Assembly: GCA_913031205.1 (NCBI GenBank)
Contig: CAJWEM010000001.1
Location: 32,723 to 96,722, forward strand
DNA: 64,000 nt
Direction of reading: 5' to 3'
DNA from: an uncultured Gammaproteobacteria bacterium
GTDB lineage: Bacteria; Pseudomonadota; Gammaproteobacteria; Poriferisulfidales; GCA-002705445
Shown here: piece after piece, positions 51,003-60,499 of the stretch
Numbering within the stretch: the stretch's first letter is position 1
Layout of the letters: every line of letters starts with the position of its first letter
The notes under the pieces: model-generated
Told to the model about the DNA's origin: nothing
What the model saw: the letters and a program-made list of their open reading frames with translations, nothing else
The model's database searches: none
Program-made: the position numbers and the translations under genes

Positions 51003-52970
51003 TTAATGATCACCAAGAGCCATGTCGATGTAGCCTGTTGGACAAACATCAGAACATATATGACATCCAATACATTTTTTATAATCAGTGTCTACATACC
51101 TTCCAGTGGTACTTTTATCCTTCTTCACTCTAAATACCGCGTCTTGTGGACAATAAATTACACAATTGTCACATTCAAAACACATACCACAACTCATACA
51201 TCTTCCGGCTTCTTCAATTGCTTGCTCTTCTGTGTAGCATTTTAATCTTTCATCAAAATTACCAAGAATATTTTCTGCTTCTGGTCCTACATCTGATCTA
51301 ATATTTCTTGGTGTATATGGGAAATGCCCAAGAAACATCTTATCCGTATTAATTATTTCTTGTGCCGACCTATCTTCATAATTATGAACTGAGAATTCTT
51401 TACTATCACTTCCCCAGTGTGATCCAGATTCGTACTCAGCTGGTTTTAGTCCTGACTCTTTAAGTTTCTCAAGCAAATTGAAATGATGAACATCAACTTT
51501 AGGACGTTTTTTCAATTCTTTTAAGTCAACTTGAGCGAGATACTGATCTATAGTCTCAGCAACAATTGAACCTTGACCAATTGCTGTTGTAAGAAGATGA
51601 GGTCTAATAATATCACCAGCAACAAAGTGTCCAGGCTTTCCTGGTACAGAATAATTACGATCAGCGTCTATAAGATTCTTTCCGTTATTAAATTCTTCGA
51701 GGCCATCTAAAACACCACCTTGCCCTATAGCAGCAACAATTAAGTCGGCTTCTATTTCAAACTCTGTACCTTCAATTTTTTCCGGTCTGCCTTCTTTCAT
51801 TGTGCATTTTGCCATTTTAAGTGCATACGCATTTCCTGTTTTTTCATCAACTAGAACTTCAAGCGGCATAACCTCATCTAAGATTTGAACTCCTTCACGC
51901 ATTGCATCGTGAACTTCATGTTCAGCAGCAGTCATTTCGGACTTCTTAAATAATGTTGTTAATGTTACGTCATTATGTATTCTTTCAGACGATAGTTTTT
52001 CATCTTGTGCAGAGTTTTCTTTTAGAATATTTTCTGGTTTTATATCATTTGGTAACTCCTCTTTAAGAGTTCCCATTCTTCTTGACGAACAAACGACGTC
52101 AATCGAGGTGTCTCCACCGCCTACACAAACTACTTTCTTTGCAGTTACATGAAGTCTTTTTTGTGCAAATGCTTCAAGATATTTAATTGCAGAGATACAG
52201 TTTGGCGCATCACTATTTGGAACTGGTAATGCTCTACCTGTCCAGCATCCTATAGCCCATAAGACTGCATCGTAATCTTTTTCTAAACTTTCTGCTGATA
52301 CGTCTTTTCCAACACTTGTATTCAATTTAACTTCGATATTTCCCATTGCAAGAATTCGATCAATTTCAGGATCTAAATAAGCATCAGGTGTTCTATAACT
52401 AGGAATACCGTATCTCATCATTCCACCCAGCTTGTCATGAGAATCAAAAATTACACTCGCATGCCCAAGCTTTCTTAATTGGTACGCAGCTGACATTCCC
52501 GCAGGGCCACCTCCGATAATTGCTACAGTTTTTCCACTCATTTCTTCAGTACATGAGAAAGTGAATCCTTCAGCAATAGCTTGATCACCTATATATTGTT
52601 CAACAGCGTTAATACCAACAAAATCTTCAACATTATTTCTATTACAGCCATCTTGACATGGTGCAGGACAAACTCTGCCCATCATTGATGGAAATGGATT
52701 TGCAGTAGTTGACCTTCTAAAAGCATACTCTTGCATTTTTATATCAGCTGGTGGTTTCTCGACTCCACGCACAATATCAAGCCAACCACGAATATCTTCT
52801 CCAGATGGGCAACTTCCTTGGCATGGTGGAGTTCTATGAACGTATGTAGGGCATTTATGAGATTTGTCTTGTTGAAAAATTTTATTACCTAAATTTTCAT
52901 AGGTGTGCACACCATCCTGGAACTTCCTGAAGGTAAGCTTTTTTTCAACTACATCTTTATTTGTTGCCAT
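51003..52970 (-). CDS. dsrL: DsrL, NAD(P)H:acceptor oxidoreductase (glutamate-synthase small-subunit-like flavoprotein with C-terminal ferredoxin domain)
   Basis: Has FAD/NAD binding (IIGGGPAGMSAA; VVCVGGGDTSID), N-terminal Fe-S Cys clusters and a C-terminal 2x[4Fe-4S] domain (CMSCGMCFECDNCVIYCP...CIGCHICSDVCP). The track ORF begins at GTG 53003, overlapping the dsrK stop. I place the start at the ATG (MATNKDVV) preceded by GGAGAG at 52975-52980; both starts are plausible. Confidence 0.85.
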   Translation of the reverse strand: MATNKDVVEKKLTFRKFQDGVHTYENLGNKIFQQDKSHKCPTYVHRTPPCQGSCPSGEDIRGWLDIVRGVEKPPADIKMQEYAFRRSTTANPFPSMMGRVCPAPCQDGCNRNNVEDFVGINAVEQYIGDQAIAEGFTFSCTEEMSGKTVAIIGGGPAGMSAAYQLRKLGHASVIFDSHDKLGGMMRYGIPSYRTPDAYLDPEIDRILAMGNIEVKLNTSVGKDVSAESLEKDYDAVLWAIGCWTGRALPVPNSDAPNCISAIKYLEAFAQKRLHVTAKKVVCVGGGDTSIDVVCSSRRMGTLKEELPNDIKPENILKENSAQDEKLSSERIHNDVTLTTLFKKSEMTAAEHEVHDAMREGVQILDEVMPLEVLVDEKTGNAYALKMAKCTMKEGRPEKIEGTEFEIEADLIVAAIGQGGVLDGLEEFNNGKNLIDADRNYSVPGKPGHFVAGDIIRPHLLTTAIGQGSIVAETIDQYLAQVDLKELKKRPKVDVHHFNLLEKLKESGLKPAEYESGSHWGSDSKEFSVHNYEDRSAQEIINTDKMFLGHFPYTPRNIRSDVGPEAENILGNFDERLKCYTEEQAIEEAGRCMSCGMCFECDNCVIYCPQDAVFRVKKDKSTTGRYVDTDYKKCIGCHICSDVCPTGYIDMALGDH

Positions 52971-53002
52971 AATTCTCTCCTTGTAACATAAATTATAAAG
53001 CA

Positions 53003-54550
53003 CTAAGCTGCTTCATCTATATCCTCTTGTGGGTGGTTTTCCTCGTCATTTTCGTCATTCTGACCAGTCAGAATAATTGCGTTACTTACTAACTGATGCA
53101 CACTTACAATTTGATCCATAGTGAAGTCATAGTAAGGGAAAACCTTTGAAAATTGGCTCTTACAAATTGCGCAAATCGCCGCCATATGCGTCACACCTTT
53201 TTCTTCAACAACTCTTCTTAAAGCTTCCATTCTTGGGAGGGCTCCCTTTACTCTCAATTCCATCAAATCGTCTGTTAAAAGGCCACCGCCACCGCCACAA
53301 CAAAATGTCCCTTCTTTAATAGTATCCGAAGACATATCATAAAAATTATTACAGGTTGCTTTTATAATTTCTCTAGGAATTAAAAACTGTCCACCAGCGC
53401 TATCGCCCATTCTTGATGCCCGGGCAACATTGCAAGAGTCGTGGTAAGTTAATACCATATCGTCGTTTAATGACTTATCAAATCTGAGTTTATTTTCTTG
53501 TATTAAATTATATGTTACTTCGCAAATATGCTGTGGCACAGGATATTTAGGATCTAGAAAATCCCACGGGCCCGCAAGTGTATTTAAGAAGCTATATGCA
53601 ACTCTCCATGCATGCCCGCATTCGCCGAATACAATTCTTTTCACACCGAGTTCTAAAGCAGCTTCTCTAATTCTTACTGCAAGTTTTCTCATATTATCGT
53701 AACTACCAATGAACATACCGAAGTTTGCTGCCTCACTTGCATGAGAACTAACTGTCCAAGATATTCCAGCTTCATGAAAAACTTTTCCGTATCCTATTAA
53801 ACCGTCAACATGTGGTTCAGCAAAAAAGTCTGCGGATGGTGTAACTAGAAGAACTTCTGCGCCTTTAACATCGAGAGGATATTTTACAGCTACACCAGTT
53901 TCGTCTTCTACATCTTCCTCTAAACCCTCAAGCGTATCCTCTAATGCAGGTCCTGGAAGTCCCAAGTTATTTCCTATTTTATGAACTTTACTAATAATTT
54001 CATTACAATATTTTTGACCAACACCGATTGTATCCATTACTTCTCTTGCAGCCATTGAAATTTCAGCTGTATCAATACCATACGGACAATAGACAGAACA
54101 TCTTCTGCATTGTGAGCATTGATGAAAATAGGAATACCAATCATCTAAAACTTCTTTTGTAAGATCTGTTGCGCCGACTAATTTTGGAAAATATTTTCCA
54201 GCAAAAGTAAAGTATCTTCTGTAAACCTTCCTATACAAATCTTGTCTTGCTACAGGCATATTTTTTGGATCAGTGGTTCCAACATAATAATGACACTTAT
54301 CTGTACAAGCTCCACACTTGACGCAGGAATCTAAATAAACTTGCAAAGATCTATATTTACCCTGTAGGTCAGCCATTTTTTTTATTGCTACATTTTCCCA
54401 GTCATCAACGAGTTCTCCAGGAAACCCAAGAGGCTCTTGATGAGGCTCTTTTGCAATAAATGGCTTACTATGAGACATTACCCCTTTCTTTAATTTAGGG
54501 ATAATTGGATATTCTCTAAGTTGCGGTGTATCAAATTTACTATCTGCCAT
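53003..54550 (-). CDS. dsrK: DsrK, HdrD-like catalytic Fe-S subunit with CCG domains
   Basis: 515 aa with CVKCGACTDKCHY and CSQCRRCSVYCPYG ferredoxin motifs and a C-terminal CCG domain (FCCGGGGG). Confidence 0.88.
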   Translation of the reverse strand: MADSKFDTPQLREYPIIPKLKKGVMSHSKPFIAKEPHQEPLGFPGELVDDWENVAIKKMADLQGKYRSLQVYLDSCVKCGACTDKCHYYVGTTDPKNMPVARQDLYRKVYRRYFTFAGKYFPKLVGATDLTKEVLDDWYSYFHQCSQCRRCSVYCPYGIDTAEISMAAREVMDTIGVGQKYCNEIISKVHKIGNNLGLPGPALEDTLEGLEEDVEDETGVAVKYPLDVKGAEVLLVTPSADFFAEPHVDGLIGYGKVFHEAGISWTVSSHASEAANFGMFIGSYDNMRKLAVRIREAALELGVKRIVFGECGHAWRVAYSFLNTLAGPWDFLDPKYPVPQHICEVTYNLIQENKLRFDKSLNDDMVLTYHDSCNVARASRMGDSAGGQFLIPREIIKATCNNFYDMSSDTIKEGTFCCGGGGGLLTDDLMELRVKGALPRMEALRRVVEEKGVTHMAAICAICKSQFSKVFPYYDFTMDQIVSVHQLVSNAIILTGQNDENDEENHPQEDIDEAA

Positions 54551-54562
54551 ATCTATTATCTA

Positions 54563-55303
54563 TTAATTTGTTTTCTCTAGTTCTTGCGCCCATTTTGCAA
54601 GATGTCTTTTCTCACGAGCATTATCAACCTGATTTCTCGATGGGCTAAAAAATAACCCAGGTGCATGTAACAATTTACTATATGGGAAAATTATCATTAA
54701 AAAAGCAACCATTACCAAATGAGAAATCAACACAAGGTCAGCTGGAATATTTTGTATATTAAATGTTAACAATCCTACAAAAAAAGATTTGACACTTATA
54801 ACATCAGCCCCAAGATAAAAACTCATTGCCATGCCTGTGGTTGTTATGCATAAAAGCAAAACTAAAATTAAGTGATCTGACGGAGCTGAAATATATCGAA
54901 CTCTATCTACAACTATTCTCCTCGCAAGTAATCCAGCTAATCCAACTAACATCAATATTGAGCCATATTTTCCAAAAGGTTGAATAATTACGACCCAAAA
55001 CCAAACGGGATCAATAAAATATCTCAGGTGTCTTAACATGTCTAAAAATAAACCAAAGTGAAAAAGCCAGCCAAACAACCAGGTGATCTTACTTGACTTA
55101 AAAAGGCTTTCAAAAAAAACAACCTCTTTAGACATTCTAAAAACAACACCCGCCTGCGTCGTAGGAGCAGGCATCGTTGGAATTTTAAGGGGCGCGGGCG
55201 TATTTTTGTATTGTAGAATTTTTACTACAAGACCGTACGCCAAAATAAAAAAAGCTATATAAAATAATGCAGCTATTGAAAAACTTAACATTGATATCTG
55301 CAT
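54563..55303 (-). CDS. dsrM: DsrM, NarI-like dihaem b membrane subunit
   Basis: 246 aa with 5-6 TM helices and conserved His in the helices (HFGLFLDMLRHLRYF; HLVMVAF). Confidence 0.85.
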   Translation of the reverse strand: MQISMLSFSIAALFYIAFFILAYGLVVKILQYKNTPAPLKIPTMPAPTTQAGVVFRMSKEVVFFESLFKSSKITWLFGWLFHFGLFLDMLRHLRYFIDPVWFWVVIIQPFGKYGSILMLVGLAGLLARRIVVDRVRYISAPSDHLILVLLLCITTTGMAMSFYLGADVISVKSFFVGLLTFNIQNIPADLVLISHLVMVAFLMIIFPYSKLLHAPGLFFSPSRNQVDNAREKRHLAKWAQELEKTN

Positions 55304-55319
55304 ATCCTACACTTCTACT

Positions 55320-55652
55320 TTATACGCAACCAGTTGGCTTAGGTAATCCTGCATATTTACAAGCTTGTTTAGCAGGTCCATATGGAAATAATTCATAAAG
55401 ATATTTACTATTTCCTTTATCTTTACCTAGTTTTTTACCAATTTGTTTTGTTAATACTCTAACAGCTGGAGCAATTTGGTATTCCTCGTAATACTCACGA
55501 AGAAAGTTAATTACTTCCCAATGGTTTTCTTCTAAAGGAGCACCATCTATTTCAGCCATTTTATTCGCGACATCGGTATCCCAGTCATTTAAATTTGCTA
55601 GATATCCTTCTTCGTCGACTTCGTATTGTTTACCATTTACTTCTAACGACAC
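55320..55652 (-). CDS. dsrC: DsrC, with both conserved C-terminal cysteines
   Basis: 110 aa. The C-terminus ...KQACKYAGLPKPTGCV carries CysB and the penultimate CysA of the flexible arm. Confidence 0.92.
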   Translation of the reverse strand: MSLEVNGKQYEVDEEGYLANLNDWDTDVANKMAEIDGAPLEENHWEVINFLREYYEEYQIAPAVRVLTKQIGKKLGKDKGNSKYLYELFPYGPAKQACKYAGLPKPTGCV

Positions 55653-55678
55653 ATTAACCTCCGGTTATTAAAAAAAAC

Positions 55679-55987
55679 TTATAGCCAAGATTGAACAGTT
55701 TTATGTTCAGTAGTTAGATCTACGAATTCGTCGTATCCAACTATCTCGACACCCTCTATCACATTATTTAAAGATAAGCCTCTTGCCTCCAAATCAGGTT
55801 TAAGGACATACATTTTAAATTCTTTTAAAGCATTTTCGATTAACTCTGAAAATTTTGTAGACTTCATGACCGATATCACGCCGTCTTCAATAAATAAAAT
55901 ACTGCTATCTTGAGAACACATTGCAATGCATGAAGACATTGTAGAATTTTCAAAAGGCGATTTGTTAATTGTGTGTAGCATATTCAT
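55679..55987 (-). CDS. dsrH: DsrH (sulfur relay, TusB-like)
   Basis: 102 aa. Positioned between dsrF and dsrC. DsrE/F/H fold by size and order. Confidence 0.8.
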   Translation of the reverse strand: MNMLHTINKSPFENSTMSSCIAMCSQDSSILFIEDGVISVMKSTKFSELIENALKEFKMYVLKPDLEARGLSLNNVIEGVEIVGYDEFVDLTTEHKTVQSWL

Positions 55988-55996
55988 ATTTTTTCT

Positions 55997-56413
55997 CTAA
56001 AAACTCAGGACAACATCTTGATTATTCATAATTTCTGATAACTCAGCTCTTGATACTAAGTTTATAGAGCTTTTTTCAGCATAATCTTCGTCTTCATCTT
56101 CCCAAACAAGCTCTTGTAGATCAGATAATGATAGACCTCTTTCTTCTAAGGATTCTTTATCGATAAATATTTTATTAATCTCGTAATCTCCCAATGCTGA
56201 GTATGTAGAAGAGAAATTCTTCATGCCTATGCCTTCTGTTTGCTGGCCTTTCATAAGCTGGTAAACTCCATCATCAGTAAATGTTAAGCTTACGTCTTGA
56301 TCAAATGCCGCAGTTATTAAAACAACTTCTAAAGATTCAAGTGCATAGATTGTCCCGTAAGGACTTTTTCTATTTACGTACATAAACTTTTTTACAACTC
56401 CATCTTCACTCAC
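55997..56413 (-). CDS. dsrF: DsrF (TusC-like)
   Basis: 138 aa. Sits in the dsrE-dsrF-dsrH order. Confidence 0.8.
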   Translation of the reverse strand: MSEDGVVKKFMYVNRKSPYGTIYALESLEVVLITAAFDQDVSLTFTDDGVYQLMKGQQTEGIGMKNFSSTYSALGDYEINKIFIDKESLEERGLSLSDLQELVWEDEDEDYAEKSSINLVSRAELSEIMNNQDVVLSF

Positions 56414-56417
56414 TTAT

Positions 56418-56810
56418 TTAATCTCCAAAAGTAATTAATCTATCTGCTTGAATTCCGGCCTCAACTAACTGTCCGAGCCCTGATATCCTAAAACCATCCT
56501 CAATGTTATCTGAGTCTTTGCCATTTCTTTCGGCCTCGCCTTTATCAAGGATTCCTCTTCTTTGAGCTGCCGCAACACAAACTACTAAATCAATCCCATG
56601 GTCCTTTGCTAAGGAGGCCCATTCTTTTGTAATATTTCTATCGTCTTGAGGTGGCGTAGCTAATCTTGTTGCATTATTAACACCATCATTATAGAAAAAC
56701 ACTCTGTATATTTCGTGACCTTTTTTTAAAGCAGCTTTAACATATTGAAGAGCTGTATCTGATGCTTGATGTTGGTATGGTCCTTCATTGATTAATATTC
56801 CTAATTTCAA
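56418..56810 (-). CDS. dsrE: DsrE (TusD-like, active-site Cys)
   Basis: 130 aa with MKLGILINEGPY and a conserved Cys in DLVVCVAAAQRRG. Confidence 0.85.
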   Translation of the reverse strand: MKLGILINEGPYQHQASDTALQYVKAALKKGHEIYRVFFYNDGVNNATRLATPPQDDRNITKEWASLAKDHGIDLVVCVAAAQRRGILDKGEAERNGKDSDNIEDGFRISGLGQLVEAGIQADRLITFGD

Positions 56811-56830
56811 AATATCTCCTCACTATTTTA

Positions 56831-57919
56831 TTAAAACCTAATGTGTGTTGAAGCATTAAGACTGTTTCTTGCTCCTTTCCAGTTATTGATATGGAATTTT
56901 GTGAATGGAAGACCTGTTAACTCAAAAAATCTTGGCCATCCTATTCTTTCAACCCAGTCACTAATTCTCTCCCAATCTCTGGCATCATCTCTATATGCTC
57001 TTAGTATTTTTTTTACAATCGCAGTAGCTTCTGGCCACCTTGGTGGATTATTAGGTATTCCCGCAGCAACTAATTTCTGAAAAGAAGGTTTGCCTCTTGC
57101 ATTAGAATGGTTTCCACCTACCCATACGGATAATTTTGTATGCTCTGCATCATTAATCTGCATTGGAGGACATGGAGGGAAACAAGCTCCACAACAAATA
57201 CATTTTTTCTCATCGACTTCTAAGGAAGGTTTTCCATTCACTTGTGCTGGTCGAATAGCTGCAACTGGACATCGAGCAACTACAGAAGGTCTCTCACAAA
57301 CATTGGAAACTAAATCGTGATTAATTTTTGGTGGCTTTGTGTGTTGAACATTAATAGCAATATCGCCTTGTCCACCACAATTAATCTGACAACAAGATGT
57401 AGTCATGTGAACTCTGTTCGGCATATTCCAACCTTTAAACTCATCTATTACTTCATCCATCATTGCTTTTACAACACCGGAAGCATCTGTTCCAGGTATA
57501 TCACAATGCAACCAACCTTGCGTATGAGAAATCATTGCAACTGAGTTTTTAGTTCCGCCAACAACGAAACCATTTTTTTCTAACTCTACAATCAATGGTC
57601 CGACTTTTGATTCTTGGTCGATCATATATTCGATATTACTTCTTATGGTAAATCTGACATAACCGTCAGCATACTTATCACCAATGTCGCATAAGATGTT
57701 TAGAGAAGTTACATCTAAAATTCTTTGAGTGCCTGCTCTCACAGTCCATATTGCATCACCACTGTGCGCAACATGCTTTAGTACTCCAGGCCTTGGATCT
57801 TCATGATATGCCCATTGCCCGTAGTTTTTGCGCATTACAGGATGCATATATTGAAATGCGTCTGGGCAACCGGATTCTATCGGTGGTCTATTTGCTTGCT
57901 CTGCTTGCTGTTCTGACAT
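56831..57919 (-). CDS. dsrB: dissimilatory sulfite reductase beta subunit (reverse/oxidative type)
   Basis: 362 aa with siroheme/Fe-S Cys motifs and a ferredoxin insert (CCQINCGGQGD, CPVAAIRP, CICCGACFPPCP). Confidence 0.92.
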   Translation of the reverse strand: MSEQQAEQANRPPIESGCPDAFQYMHPVMRKNYGQWAYHEDPRPGVLKHVAHSGDAIWTVRAGTQRILDVTSLNILCDIGDKYADGYVRFTIRSNIEYMIDQESKVGPLIVELEKNGFVVGGTKNSVAMISHTQGWLHCDIPGTDASGVVKAMMDEVIDEFKGWNMPNRVHMTTSCCQINCGGQGDIAINVQHTKPPKINHDLVSNVCERPSVVARCPVAAIRPAQVNGKPSLEVDEKKCICCGACFPPCPPMQINDAEHTKLSVWVGGNHSNARGKPSFQKLVAAGIPNNPPRWPEATAIVKKILRAYRDDARDWERISDWVERIGWPRFFELTGLPFTKFHINNWKGARNSLNASTHIRF

Positions 57920-57951
57920 CTTTCTCCCTTATTATGTAAATATTTTTGTTC

Positions 57952-59208
57952 TTATGCTTTTGCCGATGATTGAAGTTTATCCTTAAACCATTTCTCAGCT
58001 TCGTCATCCCATCCATCCATACGAACATAGGAACTAGTTGTAGGATCTGCGACCATGTTTGGATCAACATCAACACCAATGCCGTCGAGGAAATTAACAA
58101 GACCAATTCTTTCAATCATTTCACCACAACGCTCGTGTTCTAGTCCATTTTCAGCCCAGAAATCGATTGTTTCTTCGGCTAGCTCAGTAAGTTTTTCGTA
58201 ATCTTCTTCTGTATCAAGTTTCATGAACGGAATAATAACTGTACCCATTAAGTCACCAACTTTAAGTGTTCTCTTGCCGCCCATTAATATTGTTGCTCCT
58301 TTGTCATCCCCAGGACTTAATGCTTTCGGCATTACATTTAGACAATGCATACACTTAACACAATTTCTATTATCTACTTCGAGTGTGTCGTCGTCGTTGA
58401 GTGATAAGCAGTTTGTTGGGCATCTTGTAATTACATTATCAATTACATATTTTCGTCCTTTTGTCTCAACAAAATCTTTAACTTCATCTTGATCAACTTT
58501 CATATCATCTCGCCAAGTCCCTATAATCGCACAGTCTGCTCTTTCGATAGAGTTAACACAATCGTTTGGACATCCGGAAACTTTAAATTTAAATTTATAA
58601 GGCAATGCTGGTCTATGAACATCATCGGTAAAATTATTGAGAAGAGTTCTATGAATTTTAATTTCGTCTATATTGGATTGCTCACATCTTGCAGCACCAA
58701 CACAACACATGCCCGTTCTAACGCATGGTCCAGCACCACCAAGATCCCAACCATACTCATTAATTTCATCAAAAAAGTGTTGGGTGTTTTCAGTTGTAGA
58801 ACCGATAAACATGATATTACCAGTTTGACCATGGAAAGTTTGTAAGCCCGAGCCATGCTTCTCCCAACTTTCGCCAAGTTGTCTTAACATGTCAGTCGTA
58901 TAATAATTTCCGGCTGGAGGTTGTACTCTTAGAGTGTGGAATTCTTTTGATTCTGGAAAAGCATCTCCTACTTCGGAGAAACGAGGTATAATACCACTAC
59001 CATATCCAAACACACTTACAGTTCCGCCTTTCCAATAACCTTTTCTCGTTTCGTAAGAATGTTCCAATTGGCCAAGCAATGAGTTTGCCATGCCAGAAAT
59101 TCTTTCATTAGGATGTTGATCACGTAATCTTTTAAAGCCGGAAATGAAACTAGGCCATGGGCCGTGCTCCAGCTCATCTAACATTGGGGTTTTATGTTTA
59201 TCCGCCAC
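57952..59208 (-). CDS. dsrA: dissimilatory sulfite reductase alpha subunit (reverse/oxidative type)
   Basis: 418 aa with CVRTGMCCVGAARCE siroheme-[4Fe-4S] coupling cysteines and a ferredoxin domain (CPNDCVNS; CPTNCLS; CVKCMHC). Confidence 0.92.
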   Translation of the reverse strand: MADKHKTPMLDELEHGPWPSFISGFKRLRDQHPNERISGMANSLLGQLEHSYETRKGYWKGGTVSVFGYGSGIIPRFSEVGDAFPESKEFHTLRVQPPAGNYYTTDMLRQLGESWEKHGSGLQTFHGQTGNIMFIGSTTENTQHFFDEINEYGWDLGGAGPCVRTGMCCVGAARCEQSNIDEIKIHRTLLNNFTDDVHRPALPYKFKFKVSGCPNDCVNSIERADCAIIGTWRDDMKVDQDEVKDFVETKGRKYVIDNVITRCPTNCLSLNDDDTLEVDNRNCVKCMHCLNVMPKALSPGDDKGATILMGGKRTLKVGDLMGTVIIPFMKLDTEEDYEKLTELAEETIDFWAENGLEHERCGEMIERIGLVNFLDGIGVDVDPNMVADPTTSSYVRMDGWDDEAEKWFKDKLQSSAKA

Positions 59209-59415
59209 TCTATTCTCCTTACATTATCATTATATTTATCTCCAGATAATAATATTTTATGGGTTATTTTTAGGTAATGACATCGTACCTTTGGGAGGGC
59301 GGTTATATCTCTTTTGAACTTTGTCTCATATCTCTATATGGATATAACTTAAAATGCTCGATTTTTGTAAATCATTGAATATATAATCAATTAACTTTAT
59401 CAAATTTAAAATCAA

Positions 59416-60300
59416 ATGTCATATAGTCATAAAATTAATTCTCCTTTTCTACTTGAGAACGAAACAGATTATAAAAAATGGCGTAATGAAAAACTTTCAC
59501 TATATCCAGAGAGTATTTCAAATCTTCTTATTCAACTTAATAAAGACAGTTTGTTATTGAACGATTTAAATAGTATAAAAAAAATTATTGGAAAATATAA
59601 TTTTGCGGTTTACGAATTTAACTCAAAAATCGATGATGAATTTTTGCAAGAATTTTGTAAGAAACTTAAACTTATTGAGTCGGTATCAAATCCTTTATCA
59701 GATATAAATAATATTTCGAATATTACAGACAATTCAGCTTTTAAAAGTAATAACAGTAACAAAACTGAATATATTCCTTACACAAACAAAAAACTGAACT
59801 GGCATACGGATGGTTACTACTACCCAATAGATATTTCTGTAAAGTCTTTTTTACTTCACTGTGAAAGCCAAGCTGAACAAGGCGGGAGAAACTTTCTTAT
59901 AGATCATGAAATTATTTATATATTTCTTAGAGATCATAATCCTGATTACATTGATATCTTAATGCAAAAAGACATTATGGAAATTCCTAGAAATAAAAAC
60001 ATAAAAGATAGTAAAGCTATAAAAGGACCTGTATTTTATATTGATAAAGATGGTAGTCTAAATATGAGATTCACATCAAGGAAACAAAATATTATTTGGA
60101 AAAAAGATGATATTATTAACGATATTAAAAGATTCATAGAAAGTTTTATTAACGATGATAAAAGGTATATTTTTGATTTGTTGCTTAAAGAAAACCAAGG
60201 TTATATAGCTAATAATATTTTACATAGGCGTGAGGAGTTCAATGATGGTAAGAAAAAAAGACTGCTTAAAAGAATACGTTTTTTGAATCGAGTGAGCTAA
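59416..60300 (+). CDS. TauD/TfdA-family Fe(II)/2-oxoglutarate dioxygenase-like protein
   Basis: 294 aa with an HxD facial-triad motif NWHTDGYYYP and a distal HRR (ANNILHRREEF), spaced as in TauD-family enzymes. Confidence 0.6.
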   Translation: MSYSHKINSPFLLENETDYKKWRNEKLSLYPESISNLLIQLNKDSLLLNDLNSIKKIIGKYNFAVYEFNSKIDDEFLQEFCKKLKLIESVSNPLSDINNISNITDNSAFKSNNSNKTEYIPYTNKKLNWHTDGYYYPIDISVKSFLLHCESQAEQGGRNFLIDHEIIYIFLRDHNPDYIDILMQKDIMEIPRNKNIKDSKAIKGPVFYIDKDGSLNMRFTSRKQNIIWKKDDIINDIKRFIESFINDDKRYIFDLLLKENQGYIANNILHRREEFNDGKKKRLLKRIRFLNRVS

Positions 60301-60303
60301 AAA

Positions 60304-60495
60304 ATGTTAACACTGAGTGAAATTTTAATAACAGAATATAAGATGAAGTCCTATAAGGAGCTTAGAAATTTTATATTAAAGAAAATAGATGAAGGCGAGA
60401 GGTTCCTGTCTATAGATATCAAACCAAGTTTTGAAGATACTCCCGACCATTGGGAAACCGATTTAGAAAACTTATTTACCTCACCAAGAAATTAA
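60304..60495 (+). CDS. small hypothetical protein (63 aa)
   Basis: Starts 3 bp after the TauD-like stop and ends 4 bp before the next gene, so it is embedded in the operon. No motif. Confidence 0.4.
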   Translation: MLTLSEILITEYKMKSYKELRNFILKKIDEGERFLSIDIKPSFEDTPDHWETDLENLFTSPRN

Positions 60496-60499
60496 GCTT

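Noticed and set aside
57090-58877. Several 60-118-aa ORFs on both strands inside dsrB and dsrA (for example 57090-57320, 58223-58845, 58668-58877)
   Set aside because: They are embedded in or antisense to dsrAB coding sequence, which is conserved. Byproducts of higher-GC coding DNA.
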